Assembly (NCBI GenBank): GCA_902525735.1
Contig: CABZIF010000001.1
Span: 178,036-242,035, forward strand
Source of the DNA: an uncultured SAR86 cluster bacterium
GTDB taxonomy: Bacteria; Pseudomonadota; Gammaproteobacteria; Magnimaribacterales; AG-339-G14
Reading direction: 5' to 3'
Length of the DNA: 64,000 nucleotides
Position numbers and translations under genes: made by a program. Shown here one piece after another: positions 9,725 to 21,464 of this stretch (its first letter is position 1; every line of letters begins with the position of its first letter). A model generated the notes under the pieces. It saw nothing but the letters and a program-made list of their open reading frames with translations. It had not been told where the DNA came from and did not search any database.

Positions 9725-10441
9725 TTATAAATTAGCTTTTTTAACATATCTACAGTATTCACAATTTGGGCTTTGTTCTGGAATTTCTTCAGTATTTAAA
9801 ACTTGATAAATTTTTTTAATAGTTTTATCTAACCACGAATCATCTCCTTTGTGAGGTATGATTTTAACTTTAAATTTCAATTCATTATTGAATAAAACAT
9901 TTTCTTTTATACCGTTGCAATAAACAAAATATCCAATATTTTGAACATCAAATCCATTTTTTCTAAACAACCATTGGTATATTTCTATTTGTCTTTTATA
10001 AGAAATCTGCCATGGCGCATTTAAAGTTACTTCTCCCTTTTTTGAGGTGGCTTTGTAATCTACTAATATCAATTGATCCGTTTTTGTATTAATCCAAACA
10101 TCATCTACTAAGCCGTAAAAATATAAATTTGTTTCTTCGTCTAAAAAGCCAATGCCTTTGTTTCTAGTTCGCCAATCTTCTATATCAGGATGATCAAAAG
10201 GCTTAGCATCTAAGCCATTTTCTTCGATATATGGATGATTTTTATTAGTGCCTCTGAAGGAATCAAATTCTTCCTTTAATAATTCATCAACCGCATTATT
10301 TAAATTAAAGGGGAAGGAAGCAGGCCTTGAGATTCCTAATTTTTCTTCTAGGAAGAAACATTTTTTGCATCGACAAAAATTTTCTATCCTTGTTCTACTA
10401 AGTTTATAAGGGTCTGTGGTATCTTTATTATAAATAGGCAT
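9725..10441 (-). CDS. PD-(D/E)XK nuclease, Cas4/AddB-like
   Basis: GLVDD...VDYK, RQIEIY, N-terminal CRCKKC and C-terminal CEYC. True start is ATG 10441 (MPIYNK); the longer ORF call runs through the tRNA. Confidence 0.8.
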   Translation of the reverse strand: MPIYNKDTTDPYKLSRTRIENFCRCKKCFFLEEKLGISRPASFPFNLNNAVDELLKEEFDSFRGTNKNHPYIEENGLDAKPFDHPDIEDWRTRNKGIGFLDEETNLYFYGLVDDVWINTKTDQLILVDYKATSKKGEVTLNAPWQISYKRQIEIYQWLFRKNGFDVQNIGYFVYCNGIKENVLFNNELKFKVKIIPHKGDDSWLDKTIKKIYQVLNTEEIPEQSPNCEYCRYVKKANL

Positions 10442-10449
10442 TTTTGAGC

Positions 10450-10525
10450 TGGCTCCGCGAGCAGGGCTCGAACCTGCGACCCAATGATTAACAGTCATTT
10501 GCTCTACCAACTGAGCTATCGCGGA
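10450..10525 (-). tRNA. tRNA-Asn(GTT)
   Basis: Reverse complement TCCGCGATAGCTCAGTTGGTAGAGC...ACTGTTAAT...GGTTCGAGCCC...GCGGAGCCA, 76 nt with encoded CCA. Confidence 0.97.
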
Positions 10526-10560
10526 AAACGAGGTGTATTATAAGCAAAAAAGTATGAAAT

Positions 10561-12558
10561 ATGAGTAAAACATTTGAAATAAAATCAGATTTTAAGCCTG
10601 CTGGAGATCAGCCTAATGCGATTTCAGAACTTGTTAAAGGCTTAAATGATGGTCTTTTAAATCAGACACTACAAGGCGTAACAGGATCTGGAAAAACCTT
10701 TGCTATGGCCAATGTAATTCAAGAAGTACAAAGACCGGCAATAGTAATGGCACATAACAAAACTCTTGCAGCACAGCTTTACGGCGAATTTAAAGAATTT
10801 TTTCCTAATAATGCAGTTGAATATTTTGTATCTTATTATGATTACTATCAGCCTGAAGCATACGTACCCACCTCAGATACTTTCATTGAGAAAGATGCTT
10901 CTATTAATGAACACATCGAGCAGATGCGTCTTTCAGCAACAAAGGCGATTATGGAAAGAAGAGACGTTGTGATTGTTGCATCAGTATCTGCAATCTATGG
11001 TCTTGGTGACCCTAAATCTTATCTTCAAATGGTCCTTCATTTAGATAGAGGGGATGAGATAGATCAAAATGTTCTACTACTAAGACTAGCTGAACTTCAA
11101 TATAAAAGAAACGACATTGAATTCACTAGAGCAACTTATAGAGTGAAAGGAGATGTAATAGATGTATTTCCTGCAGAATCTGAAGCAGAGGCCCTTAGAA
11201 TAGAGCTATTTGATAATGAAATAGAATCGTTAAAAATGTTTGATCCTCTCACGGGCGAAATTTTTAAAGAGGTTCCTAGAATTACAATTTTTCCTAAAAC
11301 GCATTACGTGACTACTCGAGAAATTATGTTGAACGCCACCAAAGAAATTAGAAGTGAAATGCGGGAAAGAGTGAGATTTTTCAAAAAAAATGAAAAATTT
11401 ATAGAAGCCCAAAGAATTGAAGAAAGAACAAAATATGACATTGAAATGATAAAAGAACTTGGATTTTGTTCGGGTATAGAAAATTATTCAAGATATCTTT
11501 CTGGAAGGAAAGAAGGAGAATCACCCCCCACTCTCTACGAATACTTACCGGAAGATGCAATAGTTTTTGTTGATGAATCTCACGTTTCTTTACCTCAAAT
11601 AAAAGGAATGTATCGAGGTGATAGATCAAGAAAAGAAACTTTAACAGAATATGGTTTCAGACTGCCAAGTGCATTAGACAATAGACCCTTAAGATTTGAC
11701 GAATGGGAATCGATTTCGGGTCAAAAAATATTTGTTTCAGCAACTCCAGGAGAGTACGAAGAAAATAATATGGAACAGAAAGTAGATTTGATTGTTCGCC
11801 CAACTGGATTAGTAGATCCAACTATAGAAATAAGACCTGCAACCAATCAAGTCGACGACTTGATGTCAGAAATAAGTGAAAAAGTTAAGAAAAAAGAAAG
11901 AGTTTTGGCAACTGTTTTAACCAAAAGAATGGCTGAAGATCTAAGTCAGTACTTATTTGAAAGAGATATCAATGTAAGATATCTTCATTCTGATATTGAT
12001 ACCGTTGAAAGAATTGAAATCTTAAGAGATTTGAGACTTGGTAATTTTGACGTATTAGTTGGTATTAATTTATTAAGAGAAGGCCTAGATCTTCCAGAAG
12101 TCTCTCTTGTCGCAATTCTTGATGCGGATAAAGAAGGGTTTTTAAGATCTGAAACTTCAATAATTCAAACTATAGGAAGGGCTGCAAGACATATCAACGG
12201 ACATGCTATTTTATATGCTGACAAAGAAACAGGATCAATAGAAAGAGCAATCAAAACAACTAAAAAGAGAAGAAAGATTCAACTCGAATTCAATAAAAAA
12301 AATAAAATTATTCCTACGGGAATAATTAAACCAGTTTCAGATGTCATGGAAGGTTCAAAAAACTTTACCAAAAAGGAGTTTATTTCTGAAATGGATAAAA
12401 AAATAGAGGAAGATTATTTGTCTCCTAAAGAGTTAGCTAAACAAATTGATTCATTGGAAAAATTAATGATCGAGCATGCTAATAAATTAGAATTTGAAGA
12501 AGCCGCTAATATGAGAGACAAAATTACTGAACTTAAAAATAGATTATTTGCTGCCTAA
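10561..12558 (+). CDS. uvrB: Excinuclease ABC subunit B
   Basis: [23 protein letters not shown]-terminal UVR domain. Confidence 0.98.
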   Translation: MSKTFEIKSDFKPAGDQPNAISELVKGLNDGLLNQTLQGVTGSGKTFAMANVIQEVQRPAIVMAHNKTLAAQLYGEFKEFFPNNAVEYFVSYYDYYQPEAYVPTSDTFIEKDASINEHIEQMRLSATKAIMERRDVVIVASVSAIYGLGDPKSYLQMVLHLDRGDEIDQNVLLLRLAELQYKRNDIEFTRATYRVKGDVIDVFPAESEAEALRIELFDNEIESLKMFDPLTGEIFKEVPRITIFPKTHYVTTREIMLNATKEIRSEMRERVRFFKKNEKFIEAQRIEERTKYDIEMIKELGFCSGIENYSRYLSGRKEGESPPTLYEYLPEDAIVFVDESHVSLPQIKGMYRGDRSRKETLTEYGFRLPSALDNRPLRFDEWESISGQKIFVSATPGEYEENNMEQKVDLIVRPTGLVDPTIEIRPATNQVDDLMSEISEKVKKKERVLATVLTKRMAEDLSQYLFERDINVRYLHSDIDTVERIEILRDLRLGNFDVLVGINLLREGLDLPEVSLVAILDADKEGFLRSETSIIQTIGRAARHINGHAILYADKETGSIERAIKTTKKRRKIQLEFNKKNKIIPTGIIKPVSDVMEGSKNFTKKEFISEMDKKIEEDYLSPKELAKQIDSLEKLMIEHANKLEFEEAANMRDKITELKNRLFAA

Positions 12559-12608
12559 AATTCAAATTAAGTTTGCAACTCAGTTATAATTATTTTTTTC
12601 TAATCTAA

Positions 12609-15600
12609 ATGTTAGATATTTATCAAATTAATCCCTATTTAATTGGTCTTTTAGGACAGGAAACACTGACTGATTTTGAATTAAAGAATCTTTCTATAGA
12701 AATAGAAAAGACATCCAATAATAAACTAAAAGAAATTAGAGATTTTTATCTTTTAGAGTTATCAATGGAGTGGAAAAAACTTTCCGAAGAAAAAAAGGCG
12801 CAAATTTTTAAGTTGCTTCAAGCAGAGGGCGACTTAAAAAAAACATGAATTGAAAGAATTTTATTTTTCATCTCCAAGAAAGGGAGTGCAATCTCCTTGG
12901 GCAACTAAAACTTTAAATATTTTTGAGAGCTGCGGATTAACTGAAGTTATTAAAATTGAAAAATTAAAAGCTATAAAATTTTCGAGGGAGCTTGTAAATG
13001 AAACGAATTTAAAAAAAACCCTCTTTGATCCGTTGACTGAATCCTTTTTTATGGATTTCAAGTTTTTAAAAGAATTATTTTCTGACTTAGAAAAAAAGAA
13101 AACTAAATTTATAAAAATTAATAAAAATGAAAAAAATTTAAATACTTTGAATTCTTCAATGGGCTTAGCTTTGAATGAATACGAAATAAATTATTTAATT
13201 AAAGGTTATGAGCTTTCAAATAAAGAAGCTTCAGATACTGAGTTGATGATGTTTTCTCAAATAAATTCAGAACACTGTCGTCATAAAATATTTAACTCAA
13301 CATGGACTTCGAATGGAAAAGATAAGAAAGATAGTCTTTTTGACATGATAAAAAGTACTTATAAAAATTATTCAACGGATGTTTTATCAGCTTATAGTGA
13401 TAATGCTGCCATTATCTCGGGCTTGGGTAAAAAAAGGTTTTATCCAGATCCTGATACTAGAGAATATAAGTCTATAGATGAAAAAAATAACTTTTGTATA
13501 AAAGTAGAAACTCATAACCATCCAACGGCTATATCACCTTTTTCTGGAGCAGCGACTGGTTCTGGAGGAGAAATTAGAGATGAAGGAGCAACTGGTAGGG
13601 GAGCTAAACCCAAAGCTGGATTATGCGGATTTTCTGTTTCTTATTTAAGAATACCAAATGAAAATGAAGAGTGGGAAGGACAGGAGGATAAACCTAGCAG
13701 AATAGCTGGTCCTTTAGAAATTATGATAAGTGGACCAATAGGAGCTGCCTCCTTCAATAATGAATTTGGAAGACCAAACATTTTGGGTTATTTCAGATCT
13801 TACGAATACAGAGCTGAAAATTTATATTTTGGTTTTCACAAACCTATCATGTTGGCAGGAGGTCTCGGAAATATTAAGCCCATGCATACCAACAAAGCAA
13901 AAGTATCAAGTTCAGCAAAAATAATTATTTTAGGAGGACCGGGTTATCTTATTGGATTAGGAGGGGGCTCAGCATCTTCAGTTGAATCTGGTAAATCTAG
14001 TGAAGATTTGGATTTTGCATCAGTTCAAAGATCAAATCCTGAAATGCAAAGAAGATGTCAGGAAGTCATAGATCAATGTTGGCAGCTTGATGAAAAAAAT
14101 CCAATTGCATTTATTCATGATGTAGGTGCAGGAGGCCTGTCAAATGCTATTCCAGAGTTAGCAAAAGATTGTGATTTAGGTGCTGTTATAGATTTAAATA
14201 AAATACCAATAGTAGATAAATCCATGAGTTCATTAGAAATTTGGTGCAATGAATCTCAAGAGAGGTATGTGCTAGCTATAGAAAAAGATGATATAGAAAA
14301 TTTTCAAATTATTTGTATGAGAGAAAATTGTCCTTTTTCAATAGTCGGAGACTTTACTAAACAAAAAAAACTCAAACTAATAGATAAAAACTTAAATGAA
14401 AATTCTATTGATCTTGATATGGATTTTATTTTTGGAGCTAAAGAGCAATTAAAAAGATCTCTAAAGGACTTTTCTAAAAACAAACCCGACAATATTAACT
14501 TTGATTTAAATATAAAAAAATCTATTTTAGATGTTTTAAGACATCCCACAGTAGGAAGTAAAAATTTTTTGATTACTATTGGGGACAGAAATGTTGGAGG
14601 TCTGACATATCGCGATCAAATGGTGGGGCCATATCAAGTTCCAGTAGCCGACAATGGTATTACAATGTCTCATTTTGATTCTATAGAAGGAGAAGCAATG
14701 TCTATAGGAGAAAGATCTCCAATAGCTATTTTTGACGCTCCAGCCTCAGGAAGGGTTGCTATAACTGAAGCTTTGACAAACATTCTCTCCTCGGGAGTAG
14801 AGGAAATATCCAAAGTAAAATTATCGGCAAATTGGATGGCTTCGCCGAATAATGATTCTAATGATTATGATTTGTATGAGACTGTTAAAGCGATTTCTAG
14901 AGATCTTTGCAATAAATGGAACCTAACAATTCCAGTAGGAAAAGACTCTTTATCAATGGAAACTGCTTGGGAAAACAAGAAAAATACTTCTCCACAATCG
15001 TTGATAGTTTCTGCGTTTTCACCAATCCCAGATGTTACCAAAAGTATTACCCCTGATTTAAGCCATAATCCAGATTTAGTAGTTTTGAGAATTAATTTCA
15101 ATTCAAAAAATTACAGATTAGGCGGTTCAATTTTATCTGAGACTTTAAAAAAAGATTTAGGAGAAGTTCCTGATATGGAAGCGATTGAAGAATTTCCTAA
15201 GATTTTCAATTTTGTTGCAAAATTAATAAAAGACAGAAAAATATTCTCTTACCATGATATTTCTGATGGAGGCCTCATTGCCTGTTTAGTAGAAATGATA
15301 ATTTCTAGTAACTGTGGCTTTGATTTAAAAACAGAGTTATCAAAAAAAGATCTTCAGGATTTTTTATTTTCAGAAGAACTAGGGTTCGTAATACAGGTTT
15401 CTAAAGAAACCTTCAATGAGATAGAAGTTTTTATGAAAGCTATTAGAGCAGAAGAAATGCTAACTATTCTTGGGAATACAAATAAAAAAAATGGTATGAC
15501 TATTTCCTCAAACGAATTTAATGAAACAATCAATTTAGAAACATTAATTTCAAATTGGACACACGTATCAACAAAAATTAAATCTCTGAGAGACAATCCA

Positions 15601-16479
15601 ATATCTGCTTTAAATGAGTCAAAATCTTTTATTGAAAGAGAAAAAAATAAATTAAATCAAAAAACTCATTTCAAAAGTTCAAACTTTAAAAATATCTCTT
15701 CGATTAAGCCAAAAATCGCAGTTATAAGAGATCAAGGAATTAATGGGCAAATTGAAATGTCAGCTGCTTTTTCGAGAGCTGGATTTAAGGTTTTTGATGT
15801 TCATATGACCGATTTAAAAAATAAAATTTTTTGTTTAGATGATTTTAAAGGCTTAGCTTTTCCTGGAGGTTTTTCATACGGAGACGTTCTCGGAGCTGGT
15901 AGAGGATGGGCAAATTCAATCTTAATGAATAATGAATTAAGGGATATTTTTGAAAATTTTTTTAATCGATCTGATACTTTTTCTCTTGGAGTATGCAATG
16001 GATGTCAGGTCTTATCCGAATTAAAGGAAATAATTCCTGGTGCAGATGAATGGCCTATTTTAAAAAAGAATCTTTCAAATCAATTTGAAGCTAGATTAGT
16101 TCAATTAAAAGTTAATGACTCAAGATCTATATTTTTCCAAAACATGAAAGATTCCCAACTAATTGTTCCAGTGGCTCATGGCGAAGGAAGAATGGAATTT
16201 TCCAATTCATCTAATTTAGAAAAATTAATTTCAAATAATCAAATTCCTTTGCAATATGTTGATTCAGAAGGTGAAATTGCCACCAGTTATCCTTCTAATC
16301 CAAATGGCACAACTGAAGGTATTTCTTCTGTTTGCAATACTGATGGAAGAGTAACCATTCTTATGCCACATCCCGAAAGGGCTTTTTTAAATAAGCAACT
16401 TTCATGGACAAATAGTGAAGATTCGGGTTTTAGTCCTTGGTTTGAAATGTTCTTAAATGCAAGACAATTTATAAATTAA
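12609..16479 (+). CDS. purL: Phosphoribosylformylglycinamidine synthase (large PurL), read across a +1 frameshift at the A8 run 12836-12843
   Basis: 12850..16479 has NSEHCRH, ETHNHPT, HDVGAGG, GVCNG and PHPER. ORF 12609..12848 resembles the missing PurL N-terminus. Confidence 0.9.
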
Positions 16480-17015
16480 CTCTTTTTTCTTACTATATCT
16501 TCAACATGGAGATTAAAAGCTTTTTTTTCTAAACACTTATAGTAATGTTTAATAGTTTTTGGCACGAATGGAAAAGCAAGTTCTTTCCAAGGAATCTCAT
16601 CATAAGAAAATAGTTTTACATCTAAACTTTCAGATGTTGGTCCGAAAGAGTTATCTTCAATATCTGCAAGGTAAATAACATAAATTTGATTTATTTGAGG
16701 AATGTTGAATATCGTAAAGATATCTCTCATATCTACTTCTGCTTGAGTTTCTTCTTTTGTTTCTCTCCAAGCTCCTTCTAGCAATGATTCTCCATTTTCT
16801 AAAAAACCTGCAGGCACTGTCCATAATCCCACCCTAGGTTCTATAGCTCTTTTACAAAGAAGAATTTTATCTTCAAAAGTAGGCAAAGTACCTACAACTA
16901 CATTTGGATTTGAATAATGAATTGCTCCACAATTAGTACAGACATATCTTTCTCTATTATCACCTTCAGGGACTTTGAGAATAACTTTTCCTGAGCAAAA
17001 AGAACAATAATTCAA
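16476..17015 (-). CDS. Nudix hydrolase with N-terminal zinc ribbon
   Basis: CSFC...CTNC and Nudix box GFLENGESLLEGAWRETKEE. Confidence 0.9.
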   Translation of the reverse strand: MNYCSFCSGKVILKVPEGDNRERYVCTNCGAIHYSNPNVVVGTLPTFEDKILLCKRAIEPRVGLWTVPAGFLENGESLLEGAWRETKEETQAEVDMRDIFTIFNIPQINQIYVIYLADIEDNSFGPTSESLDVKLFSYDEIPWKELAFPFVPKTIKHYYKCLEKKAFNLHVEDIVRKKS

Positions 17016-17074
17016 GATAAATTTAATTAATTAAAAAGAATCAGAAGTATAATTGATCTTTGATACCTTTAAAA

Positions 17075-17644
17075 ATGATATCTACCCTTAAATCAAAACT
17101 TGAAAATTATGCACCGAATGGGTCTTTAAAAGATCATCCTCAAGCAGCCGTTTTGATTATTTGCTATGAGGCTGATGGAGAATTATTTATCGTGATGACT
17201 CAACGGTCAAAAAATCTCCCAAGTCATCCTGGTGAAGTAGCTTATCCAGGAGGTAAAAGAGAAAAAAATGATGCATCGCTCATACAAACAGCTTTGAGAG
17301 AGGCATCCGAAGAAATTGATTTAGACGAAAGTAAAATTAAAATAATAGGAGAAATTGATTCTTTAAAATCTAGATTTGGTTTAAGCGTAACTCCTTTTAT
17401 AGCTGTTGCTGATGAAAAATTAATTCTTAAAGCAAATTCGAATGAAGTTGAAGATATTTTTTATATTCCTTTATCATTTTTTAAAAATGAACCAAATATT
17501 TCGCAAAAAGTAACTAATTTTAAGGGGGAAACTTTTAAAACTCCTGTATTCAATTTTGAAAATTATAAAATTTGGGGGCTTACCTTAGCCTTTACAATTA
17601 ACTTTTTAGGCTTATTAGATATAAAATTCGATTATGATTTATAA
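17075..17644 (+). CDS. CoA pyrophosphatase (NudL-like Nudix)
   Basis: [10 protein letters not shown]...ALREASEE and IWGLT motifs. Confidence 0.88.
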   Translation: MISTLKSKLENYAPNGSLKDHPQAAVLIICYEADGELFIVMTQRSKNLPSHPGEVAYPGGKREKNDASLIQTALREASEEIDLDESKIKIIGEIDSLKSRFGLSVTPFIAVADEKLILKANSNEVEDIFYIPLSFFKNEPNISQKVTNFKGETFKTPVFNFENYKIWGLTLAFTINFLGLLDIKFDYDL

Positions 17645-18161
17645 ACTAGGCGAATACGAAGTATCGACCGATGGTAATAATTTTTTTATTGCGCCGTCTG
17701 CTTCAGTTATGGGTAGAGTTTTTCTAGCAAAACACGTAAGCGTATGGTTTGGCGCTGTTTTAAGAGGAGATGTAGAAGAAATAAAAATAGGAGAGAATTC
17801 TAATGTTCAAGATTTATCTGTTTTGCATGCTGATCCAGGACATCCTCTTATAATTGGCAAAAATGTTACCGTAGGGCACAAGGTTATGTTGCATGGATGC
17901 TCTATTGGAGATAATTCTTTAATTGGAATTAATAGCGTAGTTCTGAATGGAGCTAAAATAGGTAGAAATTGTTTAATTGGAGCAAATTCTCTAATTACAG
18001 AAGGAATTGAAATTCCAGATAATTCACTAGTCATGGGATCACCTGCAAAAATTAAAAAAAAACTTGACCCCTCAATGAAGGACATTTTAATTGGTAGTGC
18101 AAGTCACTACGTAGAAAATTATAAAAGATTTAAAAAAGACTTAATGGAGCAAAAAATATGA
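17634..18161 (+). CDS. Gamma carbonic anhydrase family protein
   Basis: Hexapeptide repeats, [17 protein letters not shown]. Confidence 0.9.
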   Translation: MIYKLGEYEVSTDGNNFFIAPSASVMGRVFLAKHVSVWFGAVLRGDVEEIKIGENSNVQDLSVLHADPGHPLIIGKNVTVGHKVMLHGCSIGDNSLIGINSVVLNGAKIGRNCLIGANSLITEGIEIPDNSLVMGSPAKIKKKLDPSMKDILIGSASHYVENYKRFKKDLMEQKI

Positions 18162-18859
18162 AAACAGAAAAAATAACATACCAATCTGGAGATAAATCAT
18201 TTGAGGGATTTTTGGCGCAACCAGAAGGTGATTCAAACCCTTGTGTGTTAATTGCGCACACTTGGGCAGGAAGAGATGCTTTTGTTGAAGAAAAAGCTAA
18301 ATTATTAACCGAACTTGGATATGCCGCATTTGCGATAGATATGTATGGAGATGGAAAAATTGGAACATCAAATGAAGAAAATGCAGGCATGATGCAACCA
18401 TTGCTCGATGACAGAGAAGAGCTGGCAAGGCGAGCTCTGGCTTCTTTGGATGCTGTTTCTAAAATTGATAGTATCGATGCAAGTAAAATTGTAATCATGG
18501 GTTATTGTTTCGGGGGATTAGTTTCAATGGATCTTGCTAGAACAGGAGCTGACATCAAAGGCGCTGTTAGCTTTCACGGTTTTCTTGCTGGTCCTGAAAA
18601 TTCAACTAACGAAATAAAAGCAAAACTTTTAGCCCTTCATGGCGATTCAGATCCTATGGTAGGTCAAGATCAAATTGAATCTTTCAGACAAGAAATGACA
18701 AGTAAAAAGGTCGACTGGCAGTTGCATGTTTTTGGAGGTGCAATGCATTCTTTTACTAATCCTGAAGCAAATGACCCAGACTTTGGAGCTATGTACTCTA
18801 AAAATGCTGATGAAAGGTCATGGAAAATTTTTACAGATTTCCTTATGGAGCTTTTTTAA
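18158..18859 (+). CDS. Dienelactone hydrolase family protein
   Basis: GYCFGG, HGDSDP, HSFTNP. Confidence 0.9.
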   Translation: MKTEKITYQSGDKSFEGFLAQPEGDSNPCVLIAHTWAGRDAFVEEKAKLLTELGYAAFAIDMYGDGKIGTSNEENAGMMQPLLDDREELARRALASLDAVSKIDSIDASKIVIMGYCFGGLVSMDLARTGADIKGAVSFHGFLAGPENSTNEIKAKLLALHGDSDPMVGQDQIESFRQEMTSKKVDWQLHVFGGAMHSFTNPEANDPDFGAMYSKNADERSWKIFTDFLMELF

Positions 18860-18867
18860 ACTAAATA

Positions 18868-21453
18868 ATGAATTCTTCTGAAGTTCGGAAAACTTTTCTA
18901 GATTTTTTTAAAGAAAAAGATCACGAACTTGTTAAAAGTTCGCCGTTAATTCCTCAAAACGATTCAACTTTATTGTTCACAAATGCTGGGATGATTCAGT
19001 TTAAAGATGTGTTTCTTGGTGCTGAAAAAACTACTCTTAAAAGAGCCACTTCATCTCAAAAATGTATTCGAGCTGGTGGAAAACATAATGATTTGGAAAA
19101 TGTTGGATACACCTTGAGACATCATACTTTTTTTGAGATGTTAGGAAATTTTAGTTTTGGAGATTATTTTAAAGAAGATGCGATCAAGTTCGCATGGGAG
19201 TTGTTAACAGAAAGATTTAAATTACCCCAAGAAAAATTATGGATAACAGTCCACATTGATGACGATGAATCTGAAGATATCTGGCTTAACAAAATTGGGA
19301 TTACAAAAGAAAGAGTTAATAGATTAGATGAAGATAATTTTTGGTCGATGGGAGACACAGGTCCTTGCGGCCCTTGTTCAGAAATATTTTACGATCACGG
19401 AAGCGATTTTTTAGGCGATCCACCTGCAGAAGGAAATGAATCAGGAGACAGGTATATAGAAATTTATAATCTAGTTTTTATGCAATATGACAGAGATGTG
19501 AAAGGAAATATGACTCCTTTACCCAAACCATCAGTTGATACTGGAATGGGCTTTGAAAGAATTACAGCGGTAATGCAAAACACGAATGATAATTATAAGA
19601 CTGATATTTTTGACAATTTAATAAAAACTATTGCAAACAAATTGAAAGTAAATGACATATCAGACCCGTCTCTGAGGGTTATTGCAGATCATTTAAGATC
19701 TTCATCGTTTCTTTTATCAGATGGAGTAATAATTGGAAATGAAGGAAGGAGCTATGTCTTAAGAAGAATTATCAGAAGAGCGCTAAGACATGCTTATAAA
19801 TTAAATTCAGAAGAAAATCACATTTTATCTAAATCAGCCAAAGAGTTAATCGATAACCTAGGTGGCGCTTATCCTGAGTTAATTAAAAATAGAAATCTTA
19901 TAAAAGATTCTCTTGAAAATGAAGAGAATCAGTTTAGTAATACGCTTCGAACGGGAATGAGCTTACTTGAAGAAAAATTAAATTCTTTAAAAGAAAAAAT
20001 TATTCCCGGTAAATTAGCTTTTAAACTGTATGACACTTATGGCTTTCCACTAGATATGACACTGGATTTAGCTAGAGAAAAAGATCTTGAAGTAGACGTA
20101 GATGAATATGAAAACCTTATGGAAAATCAAAGAAAGAGAGCTAAAGAAGCAAGCTCTTTCGAGTCTCTGCTTCCTTCTTCAATTGATTTAGATAAGGAAA
20201 CTAACTTTTTAGGATACCAACAAGATGCTTGTGAAGCTCAAATAAGATTGATTTTCAAAAACGGTTTAGAAGTAGAAGAAGTTGATTCTGGAGAATTTTT
20301 ATTCATAACAGATAAAACTCCCTTTTATGCAGAATCAGGAGGGCAAGTTGGAGATTCCGGTTTCATAAAAGCAGACATAGGACTCGCTAAAGTTAAAGAT
20401 ACGCAAAAAACCGGTGGTCATTTTATTCATTTTGCAGAAGTAGAAAAGGGTTCTTTTAAAAAATCCCAAAATGTTCTAATGGAAATCGAAATTGATAAAA
20501 GAAAAAAAATAGTCTCTAACCATTCTGCCACTCACTTAATGCATGCTTCATTAAGAAATATTTTGGGAAAGCATGTTGAGCAAAAAGGTTCTTTAGTAAA
20601 TGAAGAAAAATTAAGATTTGATTTTTCCCATCATAAAGCTTTAACAAAGAAAGAAATCATAAAAATTGAAAATCAAGTTAACGAAATTATTAGTAAAGAC
20701 ATTAAAACAGAAGTTTTTGAATCCACTTATGATGAAGCTATAAAATCAGGTGCTCTGGCTTTTTTTGGTGAAAAATATGGCGATATTGTAAGAGTCTTAA
20801 AAATTGGAGGAGACTTTTCCATTGAACTATGTGGTGGAACTCACGTCAAAAGCACAAGTGAAATTAAACTATTTAAAATAATTTCTGAATCGAGTATATC
20901 TTCAGGTGTCAGAAGAATTGAAGCTGTTTCTAATTCTTTGGCCGAAGATTTCGTTGATAACTTAAAAAATGAAATTATTGATCTATCAAAGTTTTTAGGA
21001 ACTGAGGTAAATAACATCCCAAATAAAATGAAAAATTTAGGGCTTCGTTTAAAAAAATATCAAGAAAGGTTTAAAAAAATAGAACAAAAGCAAAATGAAA
21101 ATTTGATTTTAAGTTTTAAAGAAGATTTTAAAAAAATTAAGGAAATGAATGTCCTTGTTAAGAGAATAGATGGGATAAATTTGTCAAATTTAAGAGGACC
21201 TTTGGATTCATTAAAAAATTCTACTGGAAAAGCAGTTATTGTGCTTTCAGGAGAGTTTCAATCAAAAGCAACGATAATTGTTTCTATTTCAAAGGACTTA
21301 TTAGATAAGATAGACGCAAGAAACTTGTTAAAATCTTGCTCAAAATTGATCGATGCTAAAGGCGGAGGAAAAGAAGATTTTGCTCAAGCAGGCGGCGGTG
21401 ATCCTAAAAAAATAGATCTAGCACTGACTGAAGCAAACAATTTTTTAAGTTAA
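18868..21453 (+). CDS. alaS: Alanine--tRNA ligase
   Basis: LLFTNAGM, HHTFFEMLGNFSFGDY, HSATH, ELCGGTH. Confidence 0.98.
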   Translation: MNSSEVRKTFLDFFKEKDHELVKSSPLIPQNDSTLLFTNAGMIQFKDVFLGAEKTTLKRATSSQKCIRAGGKHNDLENVGYTLRHHTFFEMLGNFSFGDYFKEDAIKFAWELLTERFKLPQEKLWITVHIDDDESEDIWLNKIGITKERVNRLDEDNFWSMGDTGPCGPCSEIFYDHGSDFLGDPPAEGNESGDRYIEIYNLVFMQYDRDVKGNMTPLPKPSVDTGMGFERITAVMQNTNDNYKTDIFDNLIKTIANKLKVNDISDPSLRVIADHLRSSSFLLSDGVIIGNEGRSYVLRRIIRRALRHAYKLNSEENHILSKSAKELIDNLGGAYPELIKNRNLIKDSLENEENQFSNTLRTGMSLLEEKLNSLKEKIIPGKLAFKLYDTYGFPLDMTLDLAREKDLEVDVDEYENLMENQRKRAKEASSFESLLPSSIDLDKETNFLGYQQDACEAQIRLIFKNGLEVEEVDSGEFLFITDKTPFYAESGGQVGDSGFIKADIGLAKVKDTQKTGGHFIHFAEVEKGSFKKSQNVLMEIEIDKRKKIVSNHSATHLMHASLRNILGKHVEQKGSLVNEEKLRFDFSHHKALTKKEIIKIENQVNEIISKDIKTEVFESTYDEAIKSGALAFFGEKYGDIVRVLKIGGDFSIELCGGTHVKSTSEIKLFKIISESSISSGVRRIEAVSNSLAEDFVDNLKNEIIDLSKFLGTEVNNIPNKMKNLGLRLKKYQERFKKIEQKQNENLILSFKEDFKKIKEMNVLVKRIDGINLSNLRGPLDSLKNSTGKAVIVLSGEFQSKATIIVSISKDLLDKIDARNLLKSCSKLIDAKGGGKEDFAQAGGGDPKKIDLALTEANNFLS

Positions 21454-21464
21454 AAATTTCATAA

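Noticed and set aside
8967-9806. Antisense and alternative-frame ORFs inside real genes (here and throughout, e.g. 17807, 18130, 53337, 57217)
   Set aside because: Shadow ORFs fully overlapping well-supported genes, with no motifs.
9725-10441. Possible CRISPR-Cas locus suggested by the Cas4-like nuclease
   Set aside because: No repeat-spacer array or other cas genes anywhere in the window.
10442-10510. N-terminal extension (MVEQMTVNHWVAGSSPARGA) of ORF 9725..10510
   Set aside because: It is a translation of the tRNA-Asn gene; the true start is 10441.
10526-10560. LexA box upstream of uvrB
   Set aside because: No CTGT-N8-ACAG in the 35-nt spacer.
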